Numbered from the stretch's first letter, positions 42,302 to 54,472 are shown. The stretch: 64,000 nucleotides of DNA from Candidatus Omnitrophota bacterium (GCA_030674475.1 JAUSCZ010000014.1:13938-77937); one strand, 5' to 3'. Made by a program: numbers and translations. Notes: generated by a model not told the origin, from the sequence alone.

Positions 42302-43447
42302 ATGAAGAAAAATTATTTGTTGACGCCGGGTCCAACGCCATTACCGCCTCAGGTGCGCGAGGCCCTGGCTAAGCCGATAATCCATCACCGCACCCCGCAA
42401 TTTCAGGCTATCCTCAAGGAAGCGGTAGAGGGATTAAAGTATGTCTTTCAGACTAAGTCCGAGGTGTTTATTTTATCTTCTTCCGGCACCGGGGCAATGG
42501 AGGCGGCTGTGGCCAATCTGTTGACTTGCGGCGATAGCGCGATAATCATTGAGGGCGGTAAATTCGGAGAGAGATGGACGGAGTTGTGTCAGGCTTATGG
42601 AATAAAACCTGAGGTGATTAAGGTTGCCTGGGGCAAGGTTTTTAATATTGAGGAGTTGAAGGATAAATTAAAGTCCTCTCCGGCTAAGGTGGTATTTGCC
42701 ACTCTTTGCGAGACCTCTACCGGAGTTGACTTTGATATAAAGGCAATCGCTCACGCGGTAAAAAATAGCGCCGCGGTTTTGGCGGTGGATGCTATTAGCG
42801 GCTTAGGGGTGGTGGATTTGAAGACCGATGAATGGGGGGTGGATGTAGTAGTAAGCGGCTCGCAAAAGGGCCTGATGCTTCCTCCGGGCCTGGGTTTTAT
42901 CAGCGTGAGTGGTGAAAAAGCCTGGAAGCTGATTAATCAATCCAGGAGTCCGCGCTATTATTTTGACTTGCGTTTAGCTAAAGGCGCCTGGGAGCAAACT
43001 GATACCCCTTTTACTACATCAGTATCCTTGGTGGTGGCTTTAAACGCCGCCTTAAAGATGATTAAGGAAGAAGGCTTAGAGAATGTCTTTAAACGCTGTA
43101 GCAAATTAGCTCAAGGGATAAGAAGCGCGGCTAAGGCCTTGGGATTGAAACTTTTCGCGGATGAGGGGTGTTCTTCGCGCGCCATTACTGCCGTGAATGT
43201 TCCCGCGGGCGTAGACGGTGAAAAATTAGTTAAGACCATGCGCGATGCGCATGGAGTAACCATCGCCGGGGGCCAGGCTGAGCTTAAGGGAAAGGCCTTT
43301 CGGATTGCTTCAATGGGCTATCTTAATGAATTTGATATAATTTTAGCTCTCTCTTGTCTGGAGAAGGTTTTACATCAGATGGGCTATAAATTTGAACTGG
43401 GCTCGGGCCTGAAAGCCGCCCAAGAGGTGTTTCTAATTGAAAATTAA
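42302..43447 (+). CDS. class V aminotransferase (phosphoserine / serine-pyruvate aminotransferase family)
   Basis: PLP-lysine region VVVSGSQKGLMLPPGLG. Adjacent to serA, which suggests phosphoserine aminotransferase. Confidence 0.75.
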   Translation: MKKNYLLTPGPTPLPPQVREALAKPIIHHRTPQFQAILKEAVEGLKYVFQTKSEVFILSSSGTGAMEAAVANLLTCGDSAIIIEGGKFGERWTELCQAYGIKPEVIKVAWGKVFNIEELKDKLKSSPAKVVFATLCETSTGVDFDIKAIAHAVKNSAAVLAVDAISGLGVVDLKTDEWGVDVVVSGSQKGLMLPPGLGFISVSGEKAWKLINQSRSPRYYFDLRLAKGAWEQTDTPFTTSVSLVVALNAALKMIKEEGLENVFKRCSKLAQGIRSAAKALGLKLFADEGCSSRAITAVNVPAGVDGEKLVKTMRDAHGVTIAGGQAELKGKAFRIASMGYLNEFDIILALSCLEKVLHQMGYKFELGSGLKAAQEVFLIEN

Positions 43448-43459
43448 GCGAGGAATAAG

Positions 43460-45046
43460 ATGATTAAGATATTGGTTAGCGACAATTTGTCTGAAGAAGG
43501 ATTAAAGATACTTAAAGAGGTAAAAGGCTTTGAGGTTGAGGTTAAGACTGAACTTAAGCCGGATGAGCTTAAGGCGATAATTAAGGATTACGAGGCTTTG
43601 ATAGTGCGCTCAGCCACCAAAGTTACCAGGGATATTATTCAGTCCGGGACTAAGCTTAAGGTTATCGGCCGGGCCGGAGTAGGTTTGGATAATGTAGATC
43701 TGGAAGCCGCTACCAATAGAGGCATTATCGTGATGAATACTCCGGGAGGAAATACTATCTCTACCGCTGAACATACTATGAGTATGCTTTTGGCTCTTTC
43801 CAGGAATATCCCCACTGCCGACCATTCTTTAAAATCCGGAGAGTGGAAGCGCTCCAAGTTTATGGGGGTTGAGCTTTATGGAAAGACTTTAGGTATTTTG
43901 GGCTTAGGGAGGATTGGCAAAGAGGTTTCTAAGCGGGCGCTTTCTTTCGGGATGAAGGTGATTGCCTATGACCCGTTTTTATCCATAGAGGTAGTTAATC
44001 AATTAGGGATAGAGGTGGTGGATTTAGGGCAGTTATTTAAGGACTCGGATTTTATTAGCGTGCATAGCCCGCTTACTGAGGAGACCCGGCATATCATCTC
44101 GGATAAGGAAATAGCCTTGATGAAGCCCGGGGTGCGTTTGATTAACTGCGCCCGGGGCGGGATAATTGATGAGGCGGCTCTTCTGAGAGGTTTAGAATCC
44201 GGTAAGGTAGCCGGGGCGGCCTTGGATGTTTTTGAACAGGAACCGCCGGATTTTTCTTCGGCCTTGCTCAAGCATAAAAATGTGGTGATCACCCCGCATT
44301 TAGGCGCCTCTACCGAGGAGGCCCAGGTGAATGTGGCGGTTGAGGTAGCTTTGTCAGTGCGGGATGCCCTTTTAAACAAGGGTATCCGTAATGCCGCTAA
44401 CTTTCCCTGCCTGGCAGCGGAAGTCTGTCAGCTCTTACAGCCTTATATAACCTTGAGCGAAAAGCTGGGTATGTTGGCCGGACAGCTCTTTGAAGGCAGG
44501 ATATCCGAGCTTAAAATAAGCTATACCGGTGAGATAATTAAAAACGATCTTAGCCCCCTGACCATGGCCATTATTAAGGGAATTTTGACTCCGGTGCTCC
44601 AGGAGACAGTCAATTATATCAATGCCAAAAATTTAGCTAAAGAGCGGGGGATAAAGGTGTTGGAATCCAAGACTGAGAGGGAAGAGGATTTTACCAATCT
44701 CATTCTTTTAGAGGTAACTATTGAAGGAAAGCGCTATAGCGTTGCCGGTACTCTCTTTACCAATAATGAGCCGCGCATCGTTAATGTGAATGGTTTGTAT
44801 GTGGAAACTATACCCAAGGGCTATATGTTGTTTCTGGAGAATTGGGATAAGCCGGGAGTAATCGGAGGCCTGGGAACACTCTTAGGCGGTAATGGAATTA
44901 ATATCGCCGGAATGACTTTCGGAAGAGATAAGCCGGGCGGAAAGGCAGTCTCGGCCTTAAATATTGACAGCCCGGTCTCAGCTAAGGTCTTAGATGAGAT
45001 AAGAAAGTTAGAAAATATTCTTTCGGTGAAACTGGTGAAGCTGTAG
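43460..45046 (+). CDS. serA: D-3-phosphoglycerate dehydrogenase with ASB and ACT domains
   Basis: NAD-binding GLGRIGKEV, catalytic R/E/H residues, C-terminal ACT domain. 528 aa. Confidence 0.9.
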   Translation: MIKILVSDNLSEEGLKILKEVKGFEVEVKTELKPDELKAIIKDYEALIVRSATKVTRDIIQSGTKLKVIGRAGVGLDNVDLEAATNRGIIVMNTPGGNTISTAEHTMSMLLALSRNIPTADHSLKSGEWKRSKFMGVELYGKTLGILGLGRIGKEVSKRALSFGMKVIAYDPFLSIEVVNQLGIEVVDLGQLFKDSDFISVHSPLTEETRHIISDKEIALMKPGVRLINCARGGIIDEAALLRGLESGKVAGAALDVFEQEPPDFSSALLKHKNVVITPHLGASTEEAQVNVAVEVALSVRDALLNKGIRNAANFPCLAAEVCQLLQPYITLSEKLGMLAGQLFEGRISELKISYTGEIIKNDLSPLTMAIIKGILTPVLQETVNYINAKNLAKERGIKVLESKTEREEDFTNLILLEVTIEGKRYSVAGTLFTNNEPRIVNVNGLYVETIPKGYMLFLENWDKPGVIGGLGTLLGGNGINIAGMTFGRDKPGGKAVSALNIDSPVSAKVLDEIRKLENILSVKLVKL

Positions 45047-45086
45047 ATTAACTTTATATCTTGACTGTCCAAATTAGCCATTACGT

Positions 45087-45181
45087 TGTCATTCCCGCAA
45101 TCTTTTGGCGGGAATCCACGACGATAGAAAAACCTGCCTGCCTGCCGGTAGGCAGGGATGCCCGCCTTCGCGGGCATGACA
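45087..45181. repeat. composite MITE-like palindromic element (TGTCATTCCCGC ... CCTGCCTGCCTGCCGGTAGGCAGGGA ... GCGGGCATGACA)
   Basis: Terminal inverted repeats TGTCATTCCCGC / GCGGGCATGACA. Internal GCGGGAA hairpin and a family-1 palindrome. A related shorter copy is at 48251-48294. Confidence 0.65.
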
Positions 45182-45259
45182 ATTTTGGAATCTCAAAATA
45201 ATTTCGTCGTCGGTATTCATTGGTTAATTTGGACATAAGTGACTTTATATCTTAAATCA

Positions 45260-46414
45260 ATGGCGAAATCCTTAAAAGTTCTTTGGTTCTTCGGTTTTTT
45301 AGTCCTGGGGTTGATTACTACCTCTTACGCCGAGCAGAAAATCAATCTGCCCGCGGGCCGGGAATATGATTTAGGAAATTTAGAGGAGGGTGAACTTTAT
45401 CAGCGCGATTTTACCATAGCCAATTCCGGGGATAAACCATTAGAGGTGAAGGTGGTTCGGGTGGGCTGCGGCTGTACCACTATCCTTTATCCTAAGAAAA
45501 GATTAGAGATTGCTCCGGGTGAGTCCATTGAGGCCAAATTCAGCTATAATACCGAAGGCATGGAAGGTGAGGAGATAAAGTATATCTATATTGAGTCCAA
45601 TGATCCGAATACGCCTTTATTAAAACTTAAATTGATTGCCCAGGTTCAAAGAAAACAGTCCGCGGCAATCAAACGTTTTCTTTCCTGGGGGCTTCTTACA
45701 GTAGTGGGGGCAGGTTTGATTGACGGGATTAATCCTTGCGCCTTTACCGTGTTGGTATTTTTTATCTCTTTCTTAAATTTCGTAGGTTACCGTAAAAGAG
45801 AGCTTTTAGTTCTGGGGATGGTCTTTATCTTCGCGGTATTCCTTACGTATATCCTGCTGGGTTTAGGGTTGTTTAAGTTTATCCAATCCCTGGAAGCGTT
45901 TACCTGGTTCTCTAAGATTATTTATTTAGGCACCGCCTCTTTGGCTATAATTTTAGGGATATACAGTCTTTATGACTGCTATATCTACCGCAAGACTGGT
46001 AATCCCGAAGACGTAAAACTAAGGCTTCCGGATTTTATTAAGCAAAAGATTCATAAAACCATTCAGAGCGCCTCGCGTAACAAGAAGAAGGCGCTGACAG
46101 AGCTGGCCGGGGCGGTATTTTTAAGCGGTTTTATCGTTTCTCTCCTGGAGTCGGTTTGCACCGGGCAGACCTATATCCCGACCATTGCCTACGTGTTCAA
46201 GGAACCGGGTTTAAGGATACACGCGCTGGGATATCTGGTTTTGTATAATCTGATGTTTATTCTGCCCCTGGTAATTATTCTGATCGCGGGATTAGCCGGT
46301 GTCGGCTCAGAGGTATTTTCCAGGTTGGCGCGAAAACATTTAGGGACAGTGAAGCTGTTGACCGCGGTTTTATTTTTTCTCCTGGGAATACTTTTATTTA
46401 TCGCAAAAGGGTAG
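45260..46414 (+). CDS. DUF1573 domain plus DsbD/CcdA-like transmembrane thiol:disulfide transfer protein
   Basis: Signal peptide, LEVKVVRVGCGCTT (DUF1573). C-terminal TM region has the two conserved Cys segments (GINPCAFTVL and LLESVCTGQTYIP). Confidence 0.65.
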   Translation: MAKSLKVLWFFGFLVLGLITTSYAEQKINLPAGREYDLGNLEEGELYQRDFTIANSGDKPLEVKVVRVGCGCTTILYPKKRLEIAPGESIEAKFSYNTEGMEGEEIKYIYIESNDPNTPLLKLKLIAQVQRKQSAAIKRFLSWGLLTVVGAGLIDGINPCAFTVLVFFISFLNFVGYRKRELLVLGMVFIFAVFLTYILLGLGLFKFIQSLEAFTWFSKIIYLGTASLAIILGIYSLYDCYIYRKTGNPEDVKLRLPDFIKQKIHKTIQSASRNKKKALTELAGAVFLSGFIVSLLESVCTGQTYIPTIAYVFKEPGLRIHALGYLVLYNLMFILPLVIILIAGLAGVGSEVFSRLARKHLGTVKLLTAVLFFLLGILLFIAKG

Positions 46415-46422
46415 TTTTAAAA

Positions 46423-48222
46423 ATGACAGCGAGAAATCAGAAGCTAATAAAAATTTCTTTACTGGTTACTGGTTACTGGTTACTTTTCTCCGCGCATTGT
46501 TTCGCTGAAAAGATAACCATCCTTTACACCGGGTCAACCCATGCCGCGCTCTATCATTGTGATTGTCCGGTTCAGCCGGACGGCGGAGTGGGCCGGAGAA
46601 TGGCTAAAGTCAAAGAGCTGCGCGATAAGAATCCTAATGTTATTTTGGTAGACGCGGGAGGATTCTTTGCCGGCGGGGAGCCGGATGAACACAGCCAAGG
46701 CGTCCAATTAGATAAAACGCGCACCGAAATCAACCTGAAGGCCCTTGAGCTTATGGGCTATGACGCCGTGGCTGTCGGTGATGATGAATTTAACTTTGGC
46801 CGGGATTATTTATCCGCTCAAATCAAAAAATCAAAGATTGCCTTTTTATCCTGCAACTTGAAGATGGATGGCCTGAAGCCTTATCTGATTAAAAAAGTGT
46901 CTGGCCTTAACGTCGCTCTTATCGGCTTAACCAATCCTCAAACCAAGGCTAAGTCGGACGGATTGGAAGTAGAGGACCCCTATCAGGCCTTAGCCAGAAC
47001 TATTTCTGAGGTCAAGACAAATAAGGCTGATCTGGTGGTAGTTTTAAGTTATCTGGGGGAAGAAGAAGATACTAAGTTGATTACCCAGATTGACGGTGTG
47101 GATGTTATTGTCTCTGCCAGGCCTCAGGACAGTAAAGAGCCTTTCAGCAAAATCGGCAAAGGTATCCTGGTCCGGGCCTCCTGGCAGGGAAGGCATTTAG
47201 GAAAATTGAATATGGAGTTGGAGAATAAGAAGATAAAAGAAACCAAAGTAGAAGATATCCGTCTATCTAATGAAATAGCCGATTGGCCCCAGCTAAAAAA
47301 ACAAGTGCCGGCCTGTTTTGAGGATTCCGCCTGCCGTAAGGAGGGCTTAATCGGTAAATGCCTTAATCCCGGCAAGATCAACTCTTCTTGCGGTTATGAG
47401 AAACCCAAACAGATTTCTCTTTTGGTTATCCAGCCCAAAGATATAAAAGACGTTCAGCAGGAAAAATTTTTAAGCTTCTTAAGGAAGCTTTTTCCGGGAT
47501 TACAGGTTAATTTTGTTGATTCTGATTCCGCGGCTGGTAAATCCTGGATAGTAAGAACTCAGGCCAAGCTTTTGCCGGTGTATCTGATTGCCAAGGAGGC
47601 GGATACGCAAGGGGAATTCAAGGATATCAAGGATTTTGCCGAGCTAAAAGATGATTATTATTGTCTAAGCCCGCGGCTTTCCGGCGGCCTGATATTCATT
47701 GGCCGGCCCAGGATAGCCCATACCTTAGATGTCTTTATGGGAACTAAAGGCAATAAAGGCTCAGAGGTCTTATCCTTGTTAAGAGACCTCCGGGCCGGGC
47801 ATAAAGAATTAGGTATTAAACTGCATTATCTGGCAATTGAGACTCAAAATGGTTTCGCCGCCCCCGGCGGCATAGCGGAATTAGAAGAAGATATGAGGCA
47901 GGTTTGCCTCGGTAAATATCAGCCGGATAAGCTCTGGGATTACGCTTTGTGCCGTTTCAAAAATCAGGATAGTTCCTGGTGGGAGGTGTGCGCCGAGCAG
48001 TTTGGGATTAACCCGACAGCGATCAAGAAATGCGCTCTTTCCCAGGAAGGGTTGGATTTGTTACGAGAAAACATTGGATTGAATAAAGAGCTGGAAATAT
48101 CCATCGGGCCGGTGTTTTTGGTGAATAATAATGAGGTATACGCGGCTAAAAATTTCAGCCGGGTTGAGGAGTTGGAAAAACTCCTGGGTTTAGTCGGCCA
48201 TATAGAAAAAAATAAGGATTAA
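46423..48222 (+). CDS. secreted 5'-nucleotidase/calcineurin-like metallophosphoesterase with a C-terminal thioredoxin-like region
   Basis: Signal peptide. UshA-like blocks ILYTGSTHAALY, DAGGFFAGG, GYDAVAVGDDEFNFG. Has an in-frame TGGTTAC x3 heptamer triplet at 46464-46484. Confidence 0.55.
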   Translation: MTARNQKLIKISLLVTGYWLLFSAHCFAEKITILYTGSTHAALYHCDCPVQPDGGVGRRMAKVKELRDKNPNVILVDAGGFFAGGEPDEHSQGVQLDKTRTEINLKALELMGYDAVAVGDDEFNFGRDYLSAQIKKSKIAFLSCNLKMDGLKPYLIKKVSGLNVALIGLTNPQTKAKSDGLEVEDPYQALARTISEVKTNKADLVVVLSYLGEEEDTKLITQIDGVDVIVSARPQDSKEPFSKIGKGILVRASWQGRHLGKLNMELENKKIKETKVEDIRLSNEIADWPQLKKQVPACFEDSACRKEGLIGKCLNPGKINSSCGYEKPKQISLLVIQPKDIKDVQQEKFLSFLRKLFPGLQVNFVDSDSAAGKSWIVRTQAKLLPVYLIAKEADTQGEFKDIKDFAELKDDYYCLSPRLSGGLIFIGRPRIAHTLDVFMGTKGNKGSEVLSLLRDLRAGHKELGIKLHYLAIETQNGFAAPGGIAELEEDMRQVCLGKYQPDKLWDYALCRFKNQDSSWWEVCAEQFGINPTAIKKCALSQEGLDLLRENIGLNKELEISIGPVFLVNNNEVYAAKNFSRVEELEKLLGLVGHIEKNKD

Positions 48223-48250
48223 CCTGAGACTGTTGCAAAATGTCTAAAAA

Positions 48251-48294
48251 TGTCATTCCCGCGAAAGCGGCCTGCCTGCCGGTAGGCAGGGAAT
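48251..48294. repeat. REP-like element TGTCATTCCCGC-gaaa-GCGG-CCTGCCTGCCGGTAGGCAGG-GAAT
   Basis: Family-1 palindrome nested in ATTCCC/GGGAAT arms. Shares its 5' end with the 45087 element. Confidence 0.65.
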
Positions 48295-48403
48295 CCATAA
48301 CCCTAATAAAATCAATATGTTTGGATTGCCCAGTCAAGCCGGGCAATGACAAAAATGGAGTTTTGCAACAGCCTGAAGGCGGAATTATTTAAGAGGTGAG
48401 AAA

Positions 48404-49642
48404 ATGAAACAACCGAAGATTTATATTCTGGATGTAACCAATCGCGACGGGGTGCAGACCTCGCGGATATGTCTTTCCAAGTTAGAAAAGACAATGATTA
48501 ATGTGTACTTGAATCAAATGGGAGCGGCTCAATCCGAGTTCGGCTTTCCGGTTACCCGTCATGAAACCAATTACCTGAATGCCAATCTGGAGCTGGCTGA
48601 AGAAGGGTTTTTGTCTCCGATAATCTTGAGCGGCTGGATGCGGGCAACTAAGGAGGATGTAAAGGAGAGCTTTAAGCTTGTTCCCAGGTTAAAGTATGTC
48701 AATCTTTCCATATCAACATCCGACCAGATGATTGTGCATAAGTTTAAAGGAAAGTTAGACCATGCTTCCGTAATCAAGGAGATGATTGAGGCGGTGAAGT
48801 TGGCCAGGAAGCATGGCGCTGAAATTATCGGGGTAAACGCCGAGGATGCCTCCCGAACCCGGATGGATTATTTAATTGAGTTTGCCCTGGCGGCTAAAGA
48901 TGCCGGGGCCGACCGTATTCGCTATTGCGATACCTTAGGCTGTGACAGTCCGTTTACTATGTATGATAGAATAAGGCTTTTAGCCGACGCGGTAAAATTA
49001 CCCATTGAAATTCATTGTCATAATGATTTAGGAATGGTAGTGGCCAATTCCGTCTCCGGAGCCAAGGCCGCTCTTGATGCCGGGGTGGATGCCTATATTA
49101 ATACCTGCGTTAACGGTATGGGCGAGCGGGCCGGGAACGCGGATTTAGTCAGCGTAATCCTGGCCTTAAAATACGCCGGCGGCTTTGAGGGGAAGTATGT
49201 CCTGGATGAAAGGATGAATCTAAAGGAGGCCTGGAAGATATGCAAATATGCCTCTTACGCCTTTGGCGTGCCTATCCCCATAAATCAGCCTGGGATCGGC
49301 TCAAACGCCTTTGCCCATGAATCCGGTATCCATGCTGACGGAGCCCTTAAGGACAGAAAAAACTATGAGCTTTATGATTTTGAAGAGCTGGGCCGGGGCG
49401 AGCCGGAGATTATTGAAACGGGGCGAAAAATTACCGCCGGGGAGTATTCCGGGATCAAGGGTTTTCGTAACGTCTACGAGAAGCTGGAGGTGGAATTTAA
49501 GGATGATGCCCAGGCCACCGAGATCCTGGAGCTGGTGCGTTATGCCAATGTGCACAATCAAAAGCCGCTGGTGGATGATGAGTTGAAATTTATCGCTCAA
49601 CATCCCAAAATAGCCAGGAAGATATTCACGATGATACCGTAG
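48404..49642 (+). CDS. HMGL-like DRE-TIM metallolyase (2-isopropylmalate/homocitrate/citramalate synthase family)
   Basis: DVTNRDGVQT and HCHNDLGMVVANSVSGAKAALDAGVD (HxH metal site) motifs. The LeuA regulatory domain is missing. Confidence 0.65.
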   Translation: MKQPKIYILDVTNRDGVQTSRICLSKLEKTMINVYLNQMGAAQSEFGFPVTRHETNYLNANLELAEEGFLSPIILSGWMRATKEDVKESFKLVPRLKYVNLSISTSDQMIVHKFKGKLDHASVIKEMIEAVKLARKHGAEIIGVNAEDASRTRMDYLIEFALAAKDAGADRIRYCDTLGCDSPFTMYDRIRLLADAVKLPIEIHCHNDLGMVVANSVSGAKAALDAGVDAYINTCVNGMGERAGNADLVSVILALKYAGGFEGKYVLDERMNLKEAWKICKYASYAFGVPIPINQPGIGSNAFAHESGIHADGALKDRKNYELYDFEELGRGEPEIIETGRKITAGEYSGIKGFRNVYEKLEVEFKDDAQATEILELVRYANVHNQKPLVDDELKFIAQHPKIARKIFTMIP

Positions 49643-49766
49643 TGCGCTGTTAATTTGATTTTTAATAAGACAGCGCACAGAGCAATTGAGCAATAGACAA
49701 TAGAACAATAGACAAACAAAAGCTCAATTGCGGTCTAATGCTCTATTGTTCAAAAACTAATTTTAA

Positions 49767-51038
<1,272 letters not shown>

Positions 51039-51040
51039 TG

Positions 51041-51085
51041 GCTTATAGCTAATGGCTTTTCACTATAAGCCATAAGCCATAAGCA
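51041..51085. repeat. palindromic heptamer array ATGGCTT ATAGCTA ATGGCTT ... ATAAGCC ATAAGCC ATAAGCA upstream of hppA
   Basis: GGCTTAT-type heptamers on the left and their reverse complement ATAAGCC repeated on the right. Confidence 0.7.
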
Positions 51086-51103
51086 AAGAGGGGGGTTTAG
51101 AAG

Positions 51104-53200
51104 ATGAATTTATTCTGGCTGGCGCCTTTAGGTTCGTGTTTGGCTTTGGGTTTTGTGGTGTATCTGATTTTTGTGGTGATTTTGCCTAAAGACCCCGGTA
51201 CGGATAAAATGCAGGAGATTGCCCGCTATGTCTCCGAGGGGGCTTATGCCTATTTGAAAAGGCAGTATTCAATAGTGGGGATATTTTTCGCGGTAGTTTT
51301 TTGTATACTTTTGTGGATGGTTCACCAGGGGTATTTGGTTATTTTTGTGCCTTTTGCTTTTTTAAGCGGCGGGTTTTTCTCCGGCCTTTCCGGATTTATC
51401 GGGATGACTATCGCCACTAAGGCCTCCAATCGCACTACCTCAGCCGCCCGGATCAGCTTGAATTCGGCCTTGAGGGTAGCCTTCTCCGCCGGAAGCGTGA
51501 TGGGTTTTACCGTGGTGGGTTTGGGGTTATTAGACTTAGTCATCTGGTATGGTATTTTAGATTGGTATTACGCTACTCATCCTATTGTTATAGGGATGGA
51601 TAAAATTTCCGCCATTACTTCAACTATGCTTTGTTTTGGAATGGGGGCATCCAGCCAGGCCCTTTTTGCCCGGGTAGGGGGAGGAATATTCACTAAGGCC
51701 GCGGATGTGGGGGCCGATCTTGTGGGTAAGGTTGAGGCCGGCATTCCGGAGGATGATCCCAGAAACCCGGCGGTAATTGCCGATAATGTCGGGGATAATG
51801 TGGGAGATGTGGCCGGGATGGGGGCGGACCTTTATGAGTCTTATGTGGGCTCAATTGTGGCTACCAGCGCTCTCGGCGTGGCCGCCGGCCTGGGGCTGGC
51901 CGGGGTAATCGTGCCGATGGCTATGGCCGGATTAGGAGTGGTGGCTTCAATAATCGGAACATTCTTTGTTAATACCAAAGAGGATGCCTCCCAGGGAACA
52001 CTGTTAGCTGCCTTAAGGAGAGGGGTGCTGGTCAGCGCGGGCATCATTGTGGTTACTTCGTTTTTTCTGGTGAAGTGGACCCTGGGCAGCCATAATTTAG
52101 GGTTTTACTGGTCAATTATTTTTGGGCTTTTGGCCGGGATAATCATTGGCATAGTTACTGAATATTATACCTCATCCGGCTTTAAGCCGACCAAACAGAT
52201 TGCCGAGTCGGCCTTAACCGGACCGGCCACGGTAATTATCAGCGGTATTGCCGTGGGTATGCTTTCTACCCTGGTGCCGGTAATAGTGGTGGGTATAGCC
52301 ATATTGGCTTCTTTTTATGTGTCCGGAGGAGCGGTTAATTTTAATTCCGGATTATACGGGATAGCCATATCCGCCGTGGGTATGCTCTCTACCTTGGGGA
52401 TTACCCTGGCTACCGATGCCTATGGCCCGATAGCCGATAATGCCGGAGGGAATGCCCAGATGTCTGGTCAGCCGCCGGAGGTCAGGGCCAGGACCGATGC
52501 CCTGGATGCCTTGGGTAATACTACTGCCGCTACCGGAAAAGGCTTTGCCATCGGTTCAGCCGCTCTTACCGCCCTGGCCTTGATTGCCGCCTATAAGGAT
52601 CAGGTTTTGATTTTAGGCAAAGATTTAAAGTTGGATTTGATGGATCCTAGGATTTTAGTCGGGCTCTTTATCGGCGGGATGCTTCCTTATTTATTCTGCT
52701 CTTTAACTATGCAGGCAGTAGGCCGGGCCGCGGGTAAGATTGTGGTGGAGGTCAGGAGGCAGTTTAAGGAAATTAAGGGTTTATTTGAGGGCACGGCCAA
52801 GGCCGATTATGTCCGCTGTGTGGGCATAGCCACCTCCGCCGCCCAAAAAGAGATGATTCTGCCTTCATTGCTGGCGGTGTTGGCTCCCATCATTGTGGGT
52901 ATGCTTATCGGACTGGAGGCTGAGGTCGGGCTCCTGGTCGGGGCTCTGGTTTCGGGATTTGTCTTGGCAGTGATGATGGCCAATTCCGGGGGAGCCTGGG
53001 ATAACGCCAAGAAATATATTGAGGAAGGAAATCTCGGGGGCAAAGGCTCCCTGCCGCATAAGGCGGCAGTGGTCGGAGATACCGTGGGCGACCCTTTCAA
53101 AGACACCGCCGGCCCTTCTTTAAATATCCTGATTAAACTGATGTCTATGGTCTCTATAGTCTTTGCCGGTTTTATCCTCAAGAACACCTTGATGAAGTAG
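51104..53200 (+). CDS. hppA: membrane-bound proton-translocating pyrophosphatase
   Basis: Multi-TM protein with [14 protein letters not shown] and [15 protein letters not shown] signatures. Confidence 0.9.
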   Translation: MNLFWLAPLGSCLALGFVVYLIFVVILPKDPGTDKMQEIARYVSEGAYAYLKRQYSIVGIFFAVVFCILLWMVHQGYLVIFVPFAFLSGGFFSGLSGFIGMTIATKASNRTTSAARISLNSALRVAFSAGSVMGFTVVGLGLLDLVIWYGILDWYYATHPIVIGMDKISAITSTMLCFGMGASSQALFARVGGGIFTKAADVGADLVGKVEAGIPEDDPRNPAVIADNVGDNVGDVAGMGADLYESYVGSIVATSALGVAAGLGLAGVIVPMAMAGLGVVASIIGTFFVNTKEDASQGTLLAALRRGVLVSAGIIVVTSFFLVKWTLGSHNLGFYWSIIFGLLAGIIIGIVTEYYTSSGFKPTKQIAESALTGPATVIISGIAVGMLSTLVPVIVVGIAILASFYVSGGAVNFNSGLYGIAISAVGMLSTLGITLATDAYGPIADNAGGNAQMSGQPPEVRARTDALDALGNTTAATGKGFAIGSAALTALALIAAYKDQVLILGKDLKLDLMDPRILVGLFIGGMLPYLFCSLTMQAVGRAAGKIVVEVRRQFKEIKGLFEGTAKADYVRCVGIATSAAQKEMILPSLLAVLAPIIVGMLIGLEAEVGLLVGALVSGFVLAVMMANSGGAWDNAKKYIEEGNLGGKGSLPHKAAVVGDTVGDPFKDTAGPSLNILIKLMSMVSIVFAGFILKNTLMK

Positions 53201-53224
53201 TTAAAATTAAACAATCATGCCCGC

Positions 53225-53321
53225 CAAAGGCGTGACACCAATGAACATGAAAATAGAGTTTGGGTTATCCGTATTCCGTAGCGGCGCGATTTATCGCGCT
53301 GGAGAGGAGATTTTCAGGTGA
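53225..53321 (+). promoter_or_regulatory. conserved 5' leader with 26-codon uORF (MNMKIEFGLSVFRSGAIYRAGEEIFR), copy B, upstream of aminotransferase
   Basis: Same 81-nt uORF length. TGA overlaps the GTG start at 53318. Hairpin GCGCGAT-tt-ATCGCGC shows compensatory changes relative to copy A. Confidence 0.6.
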
Positions 53322-54472
53322 AAGATATTATTGCTAAGAAAGTCCGGGATATGCGGCCATCGGGGATAAGGGCGTTTTTTGACCTGGTGCTGGGGATGAA
53401 GGATGTCATATCCTTAGGAGTGGGCGAACCGGATTTTGCCACTCCCTGGAGCATTCGGGAATCGGCGATATTTTCCCTGGAGCAGGGTTGGACTAGTTAT
53501 ACCTCAAATAAAGGTTTGATGAAGTTAAGGATGGGTATCTCGCGTTTTCTTAAAAACCATCACGGCCTTGCTTATAATCCTGAGGATGAAATTTTAGTAA
53601 CCGTGGGGGTGAGCGAGGCCCTGGATTTGGCGGCGCGCTCAATTTTAAATCCCGGGGATAAGGTTTTGATTCCTGAACCCTGTTATGTTTCTTATGGCCC
53701 GGTATGCGCTTTGGCCGGAGGAGAGCCGGTGTATATCTCAACCGCCAAGTCTAATTTTAAGCTCAGGCCGGCGGATATCGAGAAAAACTGTGATGCTAAA
53801 ACTAAGGCTATAATTTTTAATTATCCGGCCAATCCTACGGGAGTTTCTTATACCAAAAAGGAATTAGAGGAAATCAAAAAGGTAATTCTAAAACATAAAC
53901 TGATTATGATTAGTGATGAGGTGTATGATGAGCTGACCTATGATTTTAAACATACGCCTTTCGCCTCGCTATCCGGAGCAAAAAACAATACCCTTTATCT
54001 GAATGGTTTTTCTAAAAGCTACGCCATGACCGGCTGGCGGGTGGGATATGCCTGTGGCCCTCGCGAGATAATCGCGGCAATGACCAAGATTCATCAGTAT
54101 ACCATTATGTGCGTGTCCACAATTAGTCAGATGGCATCCTGCGAGGCTTTGCAAGGCGCCGGTAAAGCGGTTAGTGAAATGAGGCGGGAATATCAGAGGA
54201 GGAGAGAGCTTGTGGTGGATGGCCTAAACCGGATGGGGCTAAAGTGCCTTAAGCCCCAGGGGGCCTTTTACGCCTTCGCCGGCATAGAAAGTACCGGCTT
54301 AAGCTCAATGGATTTTTGCTCCAGGCTCCTTAAGGAGCAGAAGGTGGCGGTGGTTCCGGGAAATGCCTTTGGAGATTCGGGAGAAGGCTATATCCGTATT
54401 TCCTACGCCTCAAGCTTAGAGAATCTGCGCGAGGCCTTAAGTAGAATGGCTGTGTTCTTAAAGAAGTTATAA
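53318..54472 (+). CDS. class I/II PLP-dependent aminotransferase (aspartate aminotransferase-like)
   Basis: NPTG, SFSKSYAMTGWRVGY (PLP lysine) motifs. GTG start overlaps the conserved uORF stop. Confidence 0.85.
   Translation: MKDIIAKKVRDMRPSGIRAFFDLVLGMKDVISLGVGEPDFATPWSIRESAIFSLEQGWTSYTSNKGLMKLRMGISRFLKNHHGLAYNPEDEILVTVGVSEALDLAARSILNPGDKVLIPEPCYVSYGPVCALAGGEPVYISTAKSNFKLRPADIEKNCDAKTKAIIFNYPANPTGVSYTKKELEEIKKVILKHKLIMISDEVYDELTYDFKHTPFASLSGAKNNTLYLNGFSKSYAMTGWRVGYACGPREIIAAMTKIHQYTIMCVSTISQMASCEALQGAGKAVSEMRREYQRRRELVVDGLNRMGLKCLKPQGAFYAFAGIESTGLSSMDFCSRLLKEQKVAVVPGNAFGDSGEGYIRISYASSLENLREALSRMAVFLKKL

Noticed and set aside
49643-49677. GCGCTGT...ACAGCGC hairpin after the HMGL-like gene as an intrinsic terminator
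   Set aside because: The stem is good (8-9 bp), but the loop is 19 nt and no U-tract follows. It more likely belongs to the CAATAGA heptamer/palindrome array that follows.
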